DNA of 64,000 nucleotides from an uncultured Candidatus Saccharibacteria bacterium. Its GTDB lineage: Bacteria > Patescibacteriota > Saccharimonadia > Saccharimonadales > JAGQNJ01. Below are positions 55,398 to 64,000 of the stretch, in pieces. The DNA lies in the NCBI GenBank assembly GCA_964510945.1, contig CAZEED010000001.1, positions 164,577-228,576 on the forward strand, in the 5' to 3' direction. The translations under genes were made by a program, and so were the position numbers. How positions within the stretch are numbered: the first letter of the stretch is position 1; the number at the start of each line of letters is the position of its first letter. The notes beneath the pieces were generated by a model. It did no database searches. It saw only the letters and a program-made list of their open reading frames with translations, and was not told where the DNA came from.

Positions 55398-56263
55398 TTT
55401 ATGGCCTCCGCTCCACCGGTTATTTCTGCTAATTCTTGGGTGATTCCGGCTTGGCGTGCAGTGTTAAATGCCAGAGTCAGATCATCTACTAAGTCGTTGG
55501 CATTATCTGTAGCATTTTTCATGGCCATCATACGCATAGAGTGTTCACTAGCTTGGGATTCTAAGAATGCCTGGCTCAGTTGCGCCTCCACGAGTCGTAC
55601 CGTGATGTTATCAAGCACGGCCTTTGGCGACGGCTCAAACTCTGCTAAATCCATATCGCTACTAATCGGCGTATCGGAGTAGGCAACAGGTAATAAACGA
55701 TCGTATTTTACTTCTTGAACAATACTAGATTTAAAGTCAGTGTAGAGGATATCGGCAAGATCAATGTTTTTATTTATATACTTTTCGGTAATCATGTTAA
55801 GAATCGGTCGAATGTCGTTAGCGGTTGGGCTCTCGGGGAAGTCACGGTATACAGCGCTAACCTCGACATCACTAAATCTAGAGATAAATCTGGCAGCTTG
55901 TTTACCGATAACAATAACTTCGCTTTTTACTTTTTGTTCTTTATCTACTTGTAGCTCTTTAGCAAGTTGTCGTAGCACATTGCTATTGTATGCGCCAGCT
56001 AGGCCTCGATCGCTAGTAATGGCAATATGAAGACGAGTCTTTACAATGCGACGAATTTTGTAAAGCGGATGATTATCTACATCTGTTAATTGACGCAAAC
56101 GACCGAGAATCTCGTTAGCAAGGTTTCTAAAATCACGGGATTTTGCGGCGGTATCCTGAGCTTTACGCATTTTGCTGGCCGCCACTAACTCCATAGCCTT
56201 GGTAATTTGCTTGGTGTTAGATACACTAGTAATCCGTCGTTTTAACTGCTGTGTACTAGCCAT
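55394..56263 (-). CDS. atpG: F1 ATP synthase subunit gamma
   Basis: 289 aa with N-terminal QQLKRRITSVSNTKQITKAMELVAASKMRKAQ and C-terminal ITQELAEITGGAEA. Confidence 0.95.
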   Translation of the reverse strand: MASTQQLKRRITSVSNTKQITKAMELVAASKMRKAQDTAAKSRDFRNLANEILGRLRQLTDVDNHPLYKIRRIVKTRLHIAITSDRGLAGAYNSNVLRQLAKELQVDKEQKVKSEVIVIGKQAARFISRFSDVEVSAVYRDFPESPTANDIRPILNMITEKYINKNIDLADILYTDFKSSIVQEVKYDRLLPVAYSDTPISSDMDLAEFEPSPKAVLDNITVRLVEAQLSQAFLESQASEHSMRMMAMKNATDNANDLVDDLTLAFNTARQAGITQELAEITGGAEAIK

Positions 56264-56638
56264 TTATAGCTCCTCGCGCCACTCTGGGCGGCCAACGTCA
56301 TCTAATCCAACACTAGTTGATAAGCCATCTAAAGGCTGAGAATCGCTAAAGACCATAGAAAACTCGCGCATAGCACTTCTAACTCTATCTAAAGTTCCGT
56401 CGGGTAAATCTTGGCCTTTATTAGCAATACTAACTGCAGTTTCGAGCGATAGATCTTCACCACTTGGACGTGTAATACTAAAACCAAGAGAGAAATGAAA
56501 TTGTATTTCGACTCGTGGATCGGCCCCAAGTAAACTAATTACTTTACCGTGGTCAGTAGCACCGTATCGTTGAAGATGATCGTTCAAACACAGATCTCTG
56601 TCGTAAATAAGTTCTCCCTCAGGTCCAAGAATCGTCAT
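56264..56638 (-). CDS. hypothetical acidic protein (third of three between atpA and atpG)
   Basis: Its stop TAA directly abuts the atpG ATG. 124 aa with 2 Lys and 9 Arg. Confidence 0.65.
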   Translation of the reverse strand: MTILGPEGELIYDRDLCLNDHLQRYGATDHGKVISLLGADPRVEIQFHFSLGFSITRPSGEDLSLETAVSIANKGQDLPDGTLDRVRSAMREFSMVFSDSQPLDGLSTSVGLDDVGRPEWREEL

Positions 56639-56640
56639 TT

Positions 56641-57006
56641 CTACCCCTGTACTCCGGCTGTTTTCATATTGTACATAACCGAGCTTCGCCTGTCAGCCTC
56701 TTGCGGTGTAGATACATGCATATGATCAAACACAAATCTTACCCCAGCCTCAAAACCATATCGTTCTTGGAAAGAAATATAAGTTGTTAGCCTATCGACT
56801 TCTACAGAATCCTCAATACCCATGCGACCTAACATTACCCCCACACCTTCTCTAAGCTTATCGAAAGTATCTTCAATATCCGGTTTCCGGGACTCTACCA
56901 ACTGACTAGCACCTATAGGAACGTCATCGACTGGGCCACCTTCGCCAAAAAACTTTTTATAGTATTCTTCGTACAGCCCTGTAGGTATACTTTCTGATAC
57001 TGGCAT
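56641..57006 (-). CDS. hypothetical acidic protein (second of three between atpA and atpG)
   Basis: The next ATG follows 2 nt after its stop. 121 aa with 5 Lys and 8 Arg. Confidence 0.65.
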   Translation of the reverse strand: MPVSESIPTGLYEEYYKKFFGEGGPVDDVPIGASQLVESRKPDIEDTFDKLREGVGVMLGRMGIEDSVEVDRLTTYISFQERYGFEAGVRFVFDHMHVSTPQEADRRSSVMYNMKTAGVQG

Positions 57007-57008
57007 AA

Positions 57009-57341
57009 TTACTTCGTCTCCCTTACATAGCTACTTAACCGTGACATGCTTGGATCTGGAGCTTCATTAACTACTTCAGCAAATAATCTTGTAATGTCTA
57101 CGCCAGAGTCTGCTGCTGCACAAGATAAGGACCTTATGGCCGCCAAAACTCCAGCATCAAAAGCTCTATCTAGTGTACGACTAACAACATCGCTTCGAAT
57201 ACATGCCTGTCCCGGAAATTCAGCAGAAAGTATCGGGTCAACAAGTGGAGGCATAGTGTCAACGATTTGCGTTAAAGTATCGTCTCTTTGCGACAGATCA
57301 GGCCCTTCTAGTAATTGTGGAAATTCTGGTTTTTCTGGCAT
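57009..57341 (-). CDS. hypothetical acidic protein (first of three between atpA and atpG)
   Basis: Starts 33 nt after the atpA stop with a GGGAG-type RBS. 110 aa with 2 Lys and 8 Arg. Confidence 0.65.
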   Translation of the reverse strand: MPEKPEFPQLLEGPDLSQRDDTLTQIVDTMPPLVDPILSAEFPGQACIRSDVVSRTLDRAFDAGVLAAIRSLSCAAADSGVDITRLFAEVVNEAPDPSMSRLSSYVRETK

Positions 57342-57374
57342 AACTATCTCTTTTCTCCCACACCTTTACTTACC

Positions 57375-58904
57375 TTAAGATTCATTATACTCCTTGGCAA
57401 TTTCGTTAGCTGTATCTACGATTATCTTCTGGATTTTTTCATCTGGTTTGTCACCTTTATCAAGAGCTGTCATTTCTTTTTTGTACTGCGAGTGCAGGGC
57501 AGAGAGTAGGGCATCTTTGGCTTTTTTGATGTTATCAATCGACACACTATCAAAGGCGCCTTCGTTAGCCGACATTAGTAGGGCAGTCTGTTGCCAAACG
57601 GACAAAGGAGAATACTGAGGTTGTTTTAGCAGTTCTGTTAGACGTTGCCCACGTTCAATACGCTGTTTTGTCTCTTCGTCTAGATCTGTAGAGAATTGGC
57701 TAAAGGCCGCAAGCTCACGAAATTGCGCTAGGGACAGTCGCAAGTTACCTGCGACGCTTTTAACTGCTTTAGTCTGCGCAGAACCACCCACACGCGATAC
57801 CGACAAACCAACCGAGATGGCTGGTCTGATACCTTGATAGAACAAATTTGTCTCCATGAATATTTGTCCATCGGTAATCGAAATAACGTTAGTAGGGATA
57901 TAGGCACTAATATCGCCAGCCTGAGTCTCGATAATTGGAAGGGCAGTTAGCGAACCTCCACCTAATTTATCACTAAGTTTCGCGGAGCGTTCTAGTAGAC
58001 GAGAGTGAAGATAAAACACATCTCCTGGGTAAGCCTCTCGTCCCGGTGGACGACGGAGTAATAGCGACATTTGACGATAAGCCACCGCATGCTTGGACAG
58101 ATCATCGTAGATAATCAAGGCGTGTTGAGCGTTATCGCGGAAGTATTCTCCCATTGCTGTGCCAGAATATGGTGCCAGATATTGCATACTAGCTGGGTCG
58201 GAGGCAGAAGTCGCAATAATTATTGATTGATCCATGACACCTTCACGCTTCAAGCGTTCAGCAAGTCGGGCAACTTTGCTAAGCTTTTGACCGACGGCTA
58301 CATAAATATTGATAACACCTGTGCCTTGTTTATGCTGGTTGATCATTGTATCAATTGCGATGGCTGTTTTTCCCGTCTGTCTATCGCCGATGATGAGTTC
58401 TCGCTGACCGCGTCCGATAGGGACCATGGCATCAACTGACATCAGACCTGTCATAAGTGGCTCGTGGACACTTTTTCGATCCAAAACTCCCGGTGCAGAG
58501 CGCTCAACCGGACTAGTATTCTTCGTTTTTATCGGGCCTTTATTATCTAACGGCCTACCAAGAGGGTCGACAATACGTCCGATTAATTCTGGGCCTACGG
58601 GTACTTCTAGAACTTTCCCCGACAGTCTTACTTTTGCCCCAGCTTTAACTTCAACGTCCTCGCCAAGTAGTACTAGACCAATCTCATCCTCCATAAGGTT
58701 CAAGGCAAAAGCAGGGATAGCACCATTTAATCCATCAATCTCAACCATTTCCGCAAATCCACACTTGTACAGGCCATAGACCCAAGCAATGCCATCACCA
58801 ACCCTCGTTACTACCCCCACATTTTCGACTTCGGGCGTATTTTTTAACGCCTCAATTGCTTCTCTAATATCAGAAGATAGTTCTTTAACAGATAAATCTT
58901 TCAC
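57375..58904 (-). CDS. atpA: F1 ATP synthase subunit alpha
   Basis: Walker [12 protein letters not shown], with YDDLSKHA and [13 protein letters not shown]. Confidence 0.98.
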   Translation of the reverse strand: MKDLSVKELSSDIREAIEALKNTPEVENVGVVTRVGDGIAWVYGLYKCGFAEMVEIDGLNGAIPAFALNLMEDEIGLVLLGEDVEVKAGAKVRLSGKVLEVPVGPELIGRIVDPLGRPLDNKGPIKTKNTSPVERSAPGVLDRKSVHEPLMTGLMSVDAMVPIGRGQRELIIGDRQTGKTAIAIDTMINQHKQGTGVINIYVAVGQKLSKVARLAERLKREGVMDQSIIIATSASDPASMQYLAPYSGTAMGEYFRDNAQHALIIYDDLSKHAVAYRQMSLLLRRPPGREAYPGDVFYLHSRLLERSAKLSDKLGGGSLTALPIIETQAGDISAYIPTNVISITDGQIFMETNLFYQGIRPAISVGLSVSRVGGSAQTKAVKSVAGNLRLSLAQFRELAAFSQFSTDLDEETKQRIERGQRLTELLKQPQYSPLSVWQQTALLMSANEGAFDSVSIDNIKKAKDALLSALHSQYKKEMTALDKGDKPDEKIQKIIVDTANEIAKEYNES

Positions 58905-59287
58905 TATACATTTACTCCTTCTCGTAACTTATTTAGTCGGTTGCGTACGGTTAGATCCAGCAATTTTGCGCTAGTCTCCACCCGAACACCACCGACGACT
59001 GATTCGTCTACAATATTGTTAGTAACATACGAATCCGTGTCTATTAATTTCATAATTTTATCGACTGTTGATTGGTCAAGTTTTTGCGCACTAGTTAAGT
59101 TAACTTCAACAACGCCAGTTTTATCTTCTCTTATTGCGCCAATTTCTCTAACAATCGCATCAAGCTCGTTAGAGCGGTGATTTTCGATTAAATAGGCCGC
59201 GAGTAAAGTTGCCGACTGCTTAGTTGAGTGTTTTTTCGTGAGCTCTAATGTTGCCTGAGCAATTTGCTTTTTTGTCGGTTTACTCAT
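58904..59287 (-). CDS. atpH: F1 ATP synthase subunit delta (OSCP), short form
   Basis: C-terminal [25 protein letters not shown] matches the delta C-terminal domain. It is only 127 aa, against about 175-180 aa in typical bacterial delta. Confidence 0.8.
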   Translation of the reverse strand: MSKPTKKQIAQATLELTKKHSTKQSATLLAAYLIENHRSNELDAIVREIGAIREDKTGVVEVNLTSAQKLDQSTVDKIMKLIDTDSYVTNNIVDESVVGGVRVETSAKLLDLTVRNRLNKLREGVNV

Positions 59288-59289
59288 TT

Positions 59290-59655
59290 TTACTCAAACC
59301 CCAATCGATTATCAATTAGTCGGCTATGTACTAAGGAGCCTAACCACCCGGCAGTAGCGTCTCTTAAAGCATCATTAGGAGTAGCATCTGTAGACTCAAT
59401 GAGACCATCTAGCCATTCAATATAACCACGTCGCACTCGTCCCCTTAGAGTGTTGAGACCATCATATGGAAAATCATATGCTGCACCCCTAACTCCTAGA
59501 TTATCTTCGTGGAGGAATCCATAGCTCCCAGTTTCCGCTCCTTGGTTAGCAGATGGGGCATAGTTCTCCCCAGCCATTAGCTCTAGTGCAAGATAAAACC
59601 CCTCGCTAGAAACTAACGAAAGTATCGGCTCTACAGGCCTGCGATACAACGTCAT
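59290..59655 (-). CDS. hypothetical protein between atpF and atpH
   Basis: Its ATG overlaps the atpF TGA (ATGA), and the atpH ATG follows 2 nt after its stop. 121 aa with 0 Lys and 10 Arg. Confidence 0.65.
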   Translation of the reverse strand: MTLYRRPVEPILSLVSSEGFYLALELMAGENYAPSANQGAETGSYGFLHEDNLGVRGAAYDFPYDGLNTLRGRVRRGYIEWLDGLIESTDATPNDALRDATAGWLGSLVHSRLIDNRLGFE

Positions 59656-60194
59656 GATAATTCTTTCATAGTTTTACCTAGGAGTTCAGCATCTGCCTTG
59701 GAATCTAGTTTTGTCTTAATTATCGCTTCGGTTGCTTCGGCAACAAGACCACGCATTTCTTTCTCTAAACCTAGCCTAGCCTTATCAATATCTTCTTCGA
59801 TTTTTACATGCGCATCAGCTAGCATTATGTCCGTTTTACGATTTGCGGCATCTTCAGCTGCCTTAATTACCGATCCTGCCTCTTCGTGTGAATCTGCAAT
59901 AATTTTATCTGACTCAAGTCGGGCTTGTTTCAATGTATTCTGGACTTTTTCGTCCAAACGTTCTTTCTCGGCTTCCATCTCTCGTCCCAAGCGAATACCA
60001 TCTTCGATTGTTTTTCGTCTAGATTCTAGAGTGGCGACAATTTTAGTTAATGCAAATTTCTTAATAATAAAGAACAAAAGGAGGAAAGTGGCCGCCTGAG
60101 CCAAAATAGCTAAAGGATCTATTCCCAGTGCACCAATACCCGACACTTCTTCGGTGTTTGCGAATATTGTTGTAACTGAACTAATATCTACCAC
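59652..60194 (-). CDS. atpF: Fo ATP synthase subunit b
   Basis: One N-terminal TM helix (LAQAATFLLLFFIIKKF) and a long charged helix. Confidence 0.9.
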   Translation of the reverse strand: MVDISSVTTIFANTEEVSGIGALGIDPLAILAQAATFLLLFFIIKKFALTKIVATLESRRKTIEDGIRLGREMEAEKERLDEKVQNTLKQARLESDKIIADSHEEAGSVIKAAEDAANRKTDIMLADAHVKIEEDIDKARLGLEKEMRGLVAEATEAIIKTKLDSKADAELLGKTMKELS

Positions 60195-60220
60195 TTTTTC
60201 TCCTATATTCTCTATATAAA

Positions 60221-60469
60221 TTATGCAAGTAAGAATGCACCAAGCAAGAATGCAAGTAGCGCAGTAACTTCGATCATCGCCGCAATAATGACGATTTGAC
60301 CAGCAGCCTTACCAGCTTCTGGATTGCGTCCAAGCGCCTTCATGTAGTTTGCACCAAGCCAACCTAGTGAAAAGGCTGCCGCACCTAGGGCGATGCCAAG
60401 CATCAGGCCTTTAGCCATAATGTCATTGCTGGCTGCTTCGGCTGCAAATGTTGTTAATTGTGGAACCAT
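60221..60469 (-). CDS. atpE: Fo ATP synthase subunit c
   Basis: 82-aa hairpin with the loop GRNPEA and the carboxylate in AAMIEVTAL. Confidence 0.93.
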   Translation of the reverse strand: MVPQLTTFAAEAASNDIMAKGLMLGIALGAAAFSLGWLGANYMKALGRNPEAGKAAGQIVIIAAMIEVTALLAFLLGAFLLA

Positions 60470-60513
60470 ATATCTTTCCCCTTAATTATTATTTGGTTTA
60501 CCATTTTTCATGA

Positions 60514-61365
60514 CTAATGCGCTCCTTCGACCTGTTTAGAGGCATCAATTTTATCATGATCTGATTCAGTGCCGTGTTCATCGGCGTGGGATATCGCAAG
60601 TCCCAGATACGTTGCTGATAATACTGTAAATACGTAGGCCTGTATACCCGCAACTAACACTTCGAATAAAATTATTGGTAGTGCTGCCAGCGGTGTACGT
60701 CCTTTTGATAAAACAAGCGAAGTAAACACAGCAATCAAAATCTCACCAACAGCAGTGTTTAAAAACAACCTAAGGCTCAAGCTCAATATCCTCGTAAGCT
60801 CACCAAAAACTTCAAGTATTCCAATAAAAAAATTGATAGGATTCCAGGGCTTATTTGTAAAGTAATGCTGTAGATGTTTTTTACCGCCTTGTTCTTTTAT
60901 CGACAGCACTTGAACTAGCAAAATTGCTGATACGGCCATGGCGATTGTAGCGTTTAGATCAGCCGTAAATGGTCGTAGAAGAGGCGTCGCAACACCTTGA
61001 TAACTGACTTCAACAGATGGTCCAACAACCGGTAATAACCCCAAGGTATTATTCACGATAATAAAAATAAAAAAGCTCCCAAATATAGGAGCAAATTTTA
61101 TGGCGCGTTCTCTATTACCAAAAACGCCTTCCAGCATAGAAATAATAAAGTCCATAATCATTTCGACAAATTGCGATAAGCCTTTTTTAGGCTCAATTTT
61201 TATCTTTTTTGCCGCCCAGACTAAAAGCGTAATGATAAATATTGAGGATAGCAATCCGTAAAGCATTGAGTTAGTAACAGTTAAAGGGCCGAGTTTAGCT
61301 ATTGGTTCGGCCTTTAAACTTACATGTATGTCACTAGACGCAAAACGAACTAACGAACCTAACAT
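60514..61365 (-). CDS. atpB: Fo ATP synthase subunit a
   Basis: Polytopic, with the conserved Arg in LSLSLRLFLN. Confidence 0.93.
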   Translation of the reverse strand: MLGSLVRFASSDIHVSLKAEPIAKLGPLTVTNSMLYGLLSSIFIITLLVWAAKKIKIEPKKGLSQFVEMIMDFIISMLEGVFGNRERAIKFAPIFGSFFIFIIVNNTLGLLPVVGPSVEVSYQGVATPLLRPFTADLNATIAMAVSAILLVQVLSIKEQGGKKHLQHYFTNKPWNPINFFIGILEVFGELTRILSLSLRLFLNTAVGEILIAVFTSLVLSKGRTPLAALPIILFEVLVAGIQAYVFTVLSATYLGLAISHADEHGTESDHDKIDASKQVEGAH

Positions 61366-61436
61366 AGTTGGTTCTCCTCACTATTCCGATTTGTCGTCGG
61401 CAAACTGTCGGCGGCTCTTTTCATCTACGTATGTTT

Positions 61437-61465
61437 ACTATATACAAACTGGCCTCTGTCCGCAA
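61437..61465 (-). promoter_or_regulatory. putative atp operon promoter
   Basis: Minus strand reads TTGCGG (61465-61460), 17 nt, TATAGT (61442-61437). A leader of about 65 nt carries GAGGAG before the atpB ATG. Confidence 0.4.
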
Positions 61466-61489
61466 GGGGTATTAAATGAAGCGTTATTT

Positions 61490-61987
61490 TTATAATTCTT
61501 CGGGCTGCATTGCGTTGCAAAATTCTTCTACTGATTGCTCAACTGCTGCTAAGTAGCCTAGGGCCAGTCTTTCATCGAGGCCATTGTGAACTAAGTCAGG
61601 AGAGTAGGACTCCGTAATAGGACCTAACTCTGGCTTAACGCCAGGTAAATGACCAAATCCGGCAGGGAAGTCACCAAAGGTCCAAGTAGCCCTCAAATAT
61701 GGCCCGACAGGGTGGCTAGTTATCTGCAAATATGCGGCAGGTGCACTCTCATCTGCAGGGCTTACTTCGATAGTTTCTGTTGAACTTTCTTGATTTACAT
61801 TGCGGTGTGAACCCTTATTGTCGGGGTTGTAAGGTTCTTTTAAGTACGGCTTAATTCTATCATTTAAGGCCTCCCAGCGCTCTTGGGGTGTTAACTGGCT
61901 CTCAGTTTCGGCCAAGTCTACAGGATTACGCAGACTTATAGCTTCGGCTTCTAAATCTCTGATTTTTTTAATTCTTTCAAGTTCCAT
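61490..61987 (-). CDS. hypothetical acidic protein upstream of atpB
   Basis: The start at MELERIKK is preferred (AGGA upstream). Soluble, with no TM segment, so unlike AtpI. Confidence 0.5.
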   Translation of the reverse strand: MELERIKKIRDLEAEAISLRNPVDLAETESQLTPQERWEALNDRIKPYLKEPYNPDNKGSHRNVNQESSTETIEVSPADESAPAAYLQITSHPVGPYLRATWTFGDFPAGFGHLPGVKPELGPITESYSPDLVHNGLDERLALGYLAAVEQSVEEFCNAMQPEEL

Positions 61988-62113
61988 GAAAAGCATCCTA
62001 TACAAATACATATTTCAGTGCAAGCATAACCACTATCATATAATGCGACTTTACAATGTATAGTCACTTTGATATTATGTTTTTGCTTAACTAATTAGAA
62101 AGAGAGGCCGATA

Positions 62114-62341
62114 ATGATAACTGTTTATTCGACACCAACATGTGGATTTTGTCACGCTCTAAAGGCATATCTAAAAGATAAGAAGATCGATTTCAAAGAA
62201 AAAGACCTAACTACAGATGAATCTGCCGCGAAATGGGTATATGACCATACTGGGCAACTAGCCGTTCCCGTAACTGATATCGATGGTAAAATTATCGTTG
62301 GGTTTGATCGTCTTAGTATTGACGCCGCCCTAGCTGGCTAA
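62114..62341 (+). CDS. glutaredoxin-like protein (NrdH/Grx family)
   Basis: 75 aa with a CGFC redox motif near the N-terminus and a VP...G thioredoxin-fold signature. Confidence 0.8.
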   Translation: MITVYSTPTCGFCHALKAYLKDKKIDFKEKDLTTDESAAKWVYDHTGQLAVPVTDIDGKIIVGFDRLSIDAALAG

Positions 62342-62391
62342 TGTGAGAAATATCACAGTAAATTTTCACGCTTTTCTCTAAAATGTTAATT

Positions 62392-62937
62392 ATGACTGAG
62401 GCGTATTCAAACCAAATGCCGATCTCACCGCCCGATAATAATCGGAGGCTGCCGGATCACGGCAATACATCAGACAATGACGGCCTCCAGGGGCCGTTTT
62501 TTAATGTCGATACAATAGAGCCGGAAACTGAAGAATATATTATCGAAACTGCAAAAGATCATGGAGAAGGGATAGAGATTGTTAGATTTGCGCTAAAAAC
62601 TCTGGGAATAATTCATCCAAAACTGCCTAAGGAACCTAAAACGCCTGATGAAAAACTTGCAGCAGAGCATAACAACGCAATTAACGACAGAATAACCCAT
62701 GCAGGATCCGTCTACGCCAGTTTTTTTGAAGACTACCAACTCAGACATAGTCTTAATACCGATAGATTAGTAGCCCTATATGATCAGTCAGAACATCTAG
62801 AACATCTTCCGCTGCTTTCATTATTTGTCGATCTACAGTCCGCATATCCTAATTACGATAATGTCGCAGATTCTTCAAGAATTGTAAGAATTTTAGTTCT
62901 AGAGGATAACGGTGAAACGCTGTCCAGCCAAGCATGA
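62392..62937 (+). CDS. hypothetical acidic protein (start 62383 or 62392)
   Basis: ORF of about 181 aa with no motif recognised. Confidence 0.5.
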   Translation: MTEAYSNQMPISPPDNNRRLPDHGNTSDNDGLQGPFFNVDTIEPETEEYIIETAKDHGEGIEIVRFALKTLGIIHPKLPKEPKTPDEKLAAEHNNAINDRITHAGSVYASFFEDYQLRHSLNTDRLVALYDQSEHLEHLPLLSLFVDLQSAYPNYDNVADSSRIVRILVLEDNGETLSSQA

Positions 62938-62951
62938 TGTAATATATATTA

Positions 62952-63521
62952 ATGGCGTTCGAAGATTTTAAACAAAAAGACTCGGTGGTTATTGTCTATA
63001 CCGGAGAAGGCAAGGGTAAAACTAGCGCCAGCATGGGGTTGATGGCGCGGGCGCTTGGCACTGGTTGGTCGGTGGCTTTTATTCAGTTTATTAAGCATTG
63101 GGAGGTTGGCGAGCATAAATTTATCGCAAATATTCAACCGCTATACAAATCAAAACTACTTTTTTACAAAGGTGGCAAGGGTTTTTATAACGCTGGCAAG
63201 CTTAGCGCAAAAGGAATTTCGAAGGCCGAACACAAACAGGCAGCCAAAGAAACATACGATCAAGCGATGAAAGCCGTAACTAGTGGTAAATACCAAGTAG
63301 TCATTTGCGATGAGATTAATAATGCTCTAAATGACGGGCTATTGACTAAAGCCCAAGTCAAAAAACTTATTAAATCCAAACATCCTAATACTAGCTTGTG
63401 TCTAACTGGTCGAAATTTCCCGAACGACTTATTGCCACTCGTGGATATTGCAACCAACATGACTAAACTAAAGCATCACTTCGATGATAAGTACCTAGCC
63501 AACAAGGGCATCGACTACTAG
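62952..63521 (+). CDS. cob(I)yrinic acid a,c-diamide adenosyltransferase-like P-loop protein (CobA/CobO/BtuR family)
   Basis: YTGEGKGKTSASMG P-loop and VICDEINNAL. Confidence 0.65.
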   Translation: MAFEDFKQKDSVVIVYTGEGKGKTSASMGLMARALGTGWSVAFIQFIKHWEVGEHKFIANIQPLYKSKLLFYKGGKGFYNAGKLSAKGISKAEHKQAAKETYDQAMKAVTSGKYQVVICDEINNALNDGLLTKAQVKKLIKSKHPNTSLCLTGRNFPNDLLPLVDIATNMTKLKHHFDDKYLANKGIDY

Positions 63522-63522
63522 A

Positions 63523-63549
63523 TTGGCACTCTTGACACGAGAGTGCCAG
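63523..63549 (+). promoter_or_regulatory. CIRCE-like inverted repeat (candidate HrcA operator)
   Basis: TTGGCACTC-N9-GAGTGCCAG against the CIRCE consensus TTAGCACTC-N9-GAGTGCTAA. It overlaps the -35 box of the hsp20 promoter. Confidence 0.55.
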
Positions 63550-63560
63550 TTTTTTATAAT
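63532..63560 (+). promoter_or_regulatory. consensus sigma70-type promoter of hsp20
   Basis: TTGACA (63532-63537), 17 nt, TATAAT (63555-63560). Confidence 0.6.
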
Positions 63561-63610
63561 TAAGTTGGTAGAGATACCACGACATCAATCTAAAAATTGG
63601 GGGTAATAAA

Positions 63611-64000
63611 ATGGCATTAATTCAATTTGACCCGTTTGATGATATGCGGGCACTTCAAAAACAGTTTTTTGGTGATGATTTTTGGTCACCATCCACAACA
63701 ACAGCACAACTACCTACTACAGACATCTATTCTGAAGATGACAAATCAATGATTGTTGAGGCTCATTTGCCACACTTCGATCAAAAAGATGTCGACGTTA
63801 GCGTCGACCGTGGTGTATTGACAATTAGCGCTGAAAAACACGAAAAGGAAGAAGACAAAAAGAAAAAGTACGTTATCCGCGAAAGCTCATCTAGCTTTTA
63901 TCGCCGTGTAGCACTTCCAAAACACGCTGACGCTGATCACGTATCTGCACACTTCGACAAAGGCGTTCTAAAGGTCACGGTTCCATTCAAAGAGTTGCCA
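63611..64000 (+). CDS. Hsp20/alpha-crystallin family small heat-shock protein (3' end cut by the window edge)
   Basis: ATG after GGGGGT. My own translation gives MALIQFDPFDDMRALQ...DIYSEDDKSMIVEAHLPHFDQKDVDVSVDRGVLTISAEK...FYRRVALP...GVLKVTVPF. It is absent from the ORF track because no stop lies inside the window. Confidence 0.85.
   Translation, partial: MALIQFDPFDDMRALQKQFFGDDFWSPSTTTAQLPTTDIYSEDDKSMIVEAHLPHFDQKDVDVSVDRGVLTISAEKHEKEEDKKKKYVIRESSSSFYRRVALPKHADADHVSAHFDKGVLKVTVPFKELP

Noticed and set aside
56264-57341. The three ORFs between atpA and atpG as a single gene broken by frameshifts.
   Set aside because: Each ORF has its own ATG placed 2 nt after the previous stop or abutting it, in a regular pattern that looks selected. 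I could not recognise any known domain across the concatenated sequence. This is not fully excluded without a profile search.

Overview
The window looks like a compact, moderately AT-rich bacterial genome that uses the standard code: TGA closes many conserved ORFs, often as ATGA overlaps. The gene content resembles a reduced Patescibacteria/CPR organism of the Saccharibacteria type. This is inferred from content only: a minimal lower-glycolysis set (gpmA, eno), F1Fo ATPase, sortase, a type IV pilin-like protein, VanY peptidases, nucleotide salvage, and almost no biosynthesis.

Gene layout:
- 1-19.2 kb (+): histidine kinase, secE-nusG-rplK-rplA, a 5.9 kb insertion (dcd, a tmk::thyX fusion, a leuA-like gene), rplJ-rplL, dnaX, dnaB, ybaB, recR, a DHH phosphoesterase and cysS.
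- 19.2-23.5 kb (-): an AI-2E transporter, two GT4 glycosyltransferases and a hydrolase.
- 24.3-36.2 kb: an accessory island bounded by nested inverted repeats. It carries radC, then one translationally coupled operon: DUF3800, a 49-aa ORF, hsdM, hsdS, two unknown genes, hsdR and a DUF4268-like gene.
- 36.2-42.2 kb: lineage-specific surface and unknown genes, tRNA-Gln, and a Gly-rich protein with a sortase.
- 42.2-51.1 kb: gpmA, a 2-hydroxyacid dehydrogenase, eno, a pilin, VKOR, a UvrD-type helicase-nuclease and an aquaporin.
- 53.1-61.4 kb (-): atpBEFHAGDC.
- 62-64 kb: an nrdH-like gene, a cobA-like gene and hsp20 (cut by the window edge).

Most unusual observations:
1. The ATP synthase operon is interrupted by five tightly coupled, Arg-rich and Lys-poor acidic ORFs of unknown function. 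Similar proteins sit between rplK and rplA and at several other operon edges.
2. Two unknown genes sit between hsdS and hsdR, the position prrC occupies in the E. coli prr locus, inside an island framed by hairpin-containing inverted repeats and a GC-rich structured non-coding region.
3. A Leu-codon leader peptide with terminator and antiterminator pairings lies upstream of an orphan, truncated leuA homologue.
4. Several genes have a -10 box 6-10 nt upstream of the ATG and no Shine-Dalgarno sequence, which suggests leaderless transcripts.

No CRISPR array, rRNA, transposase or integrase was seen.
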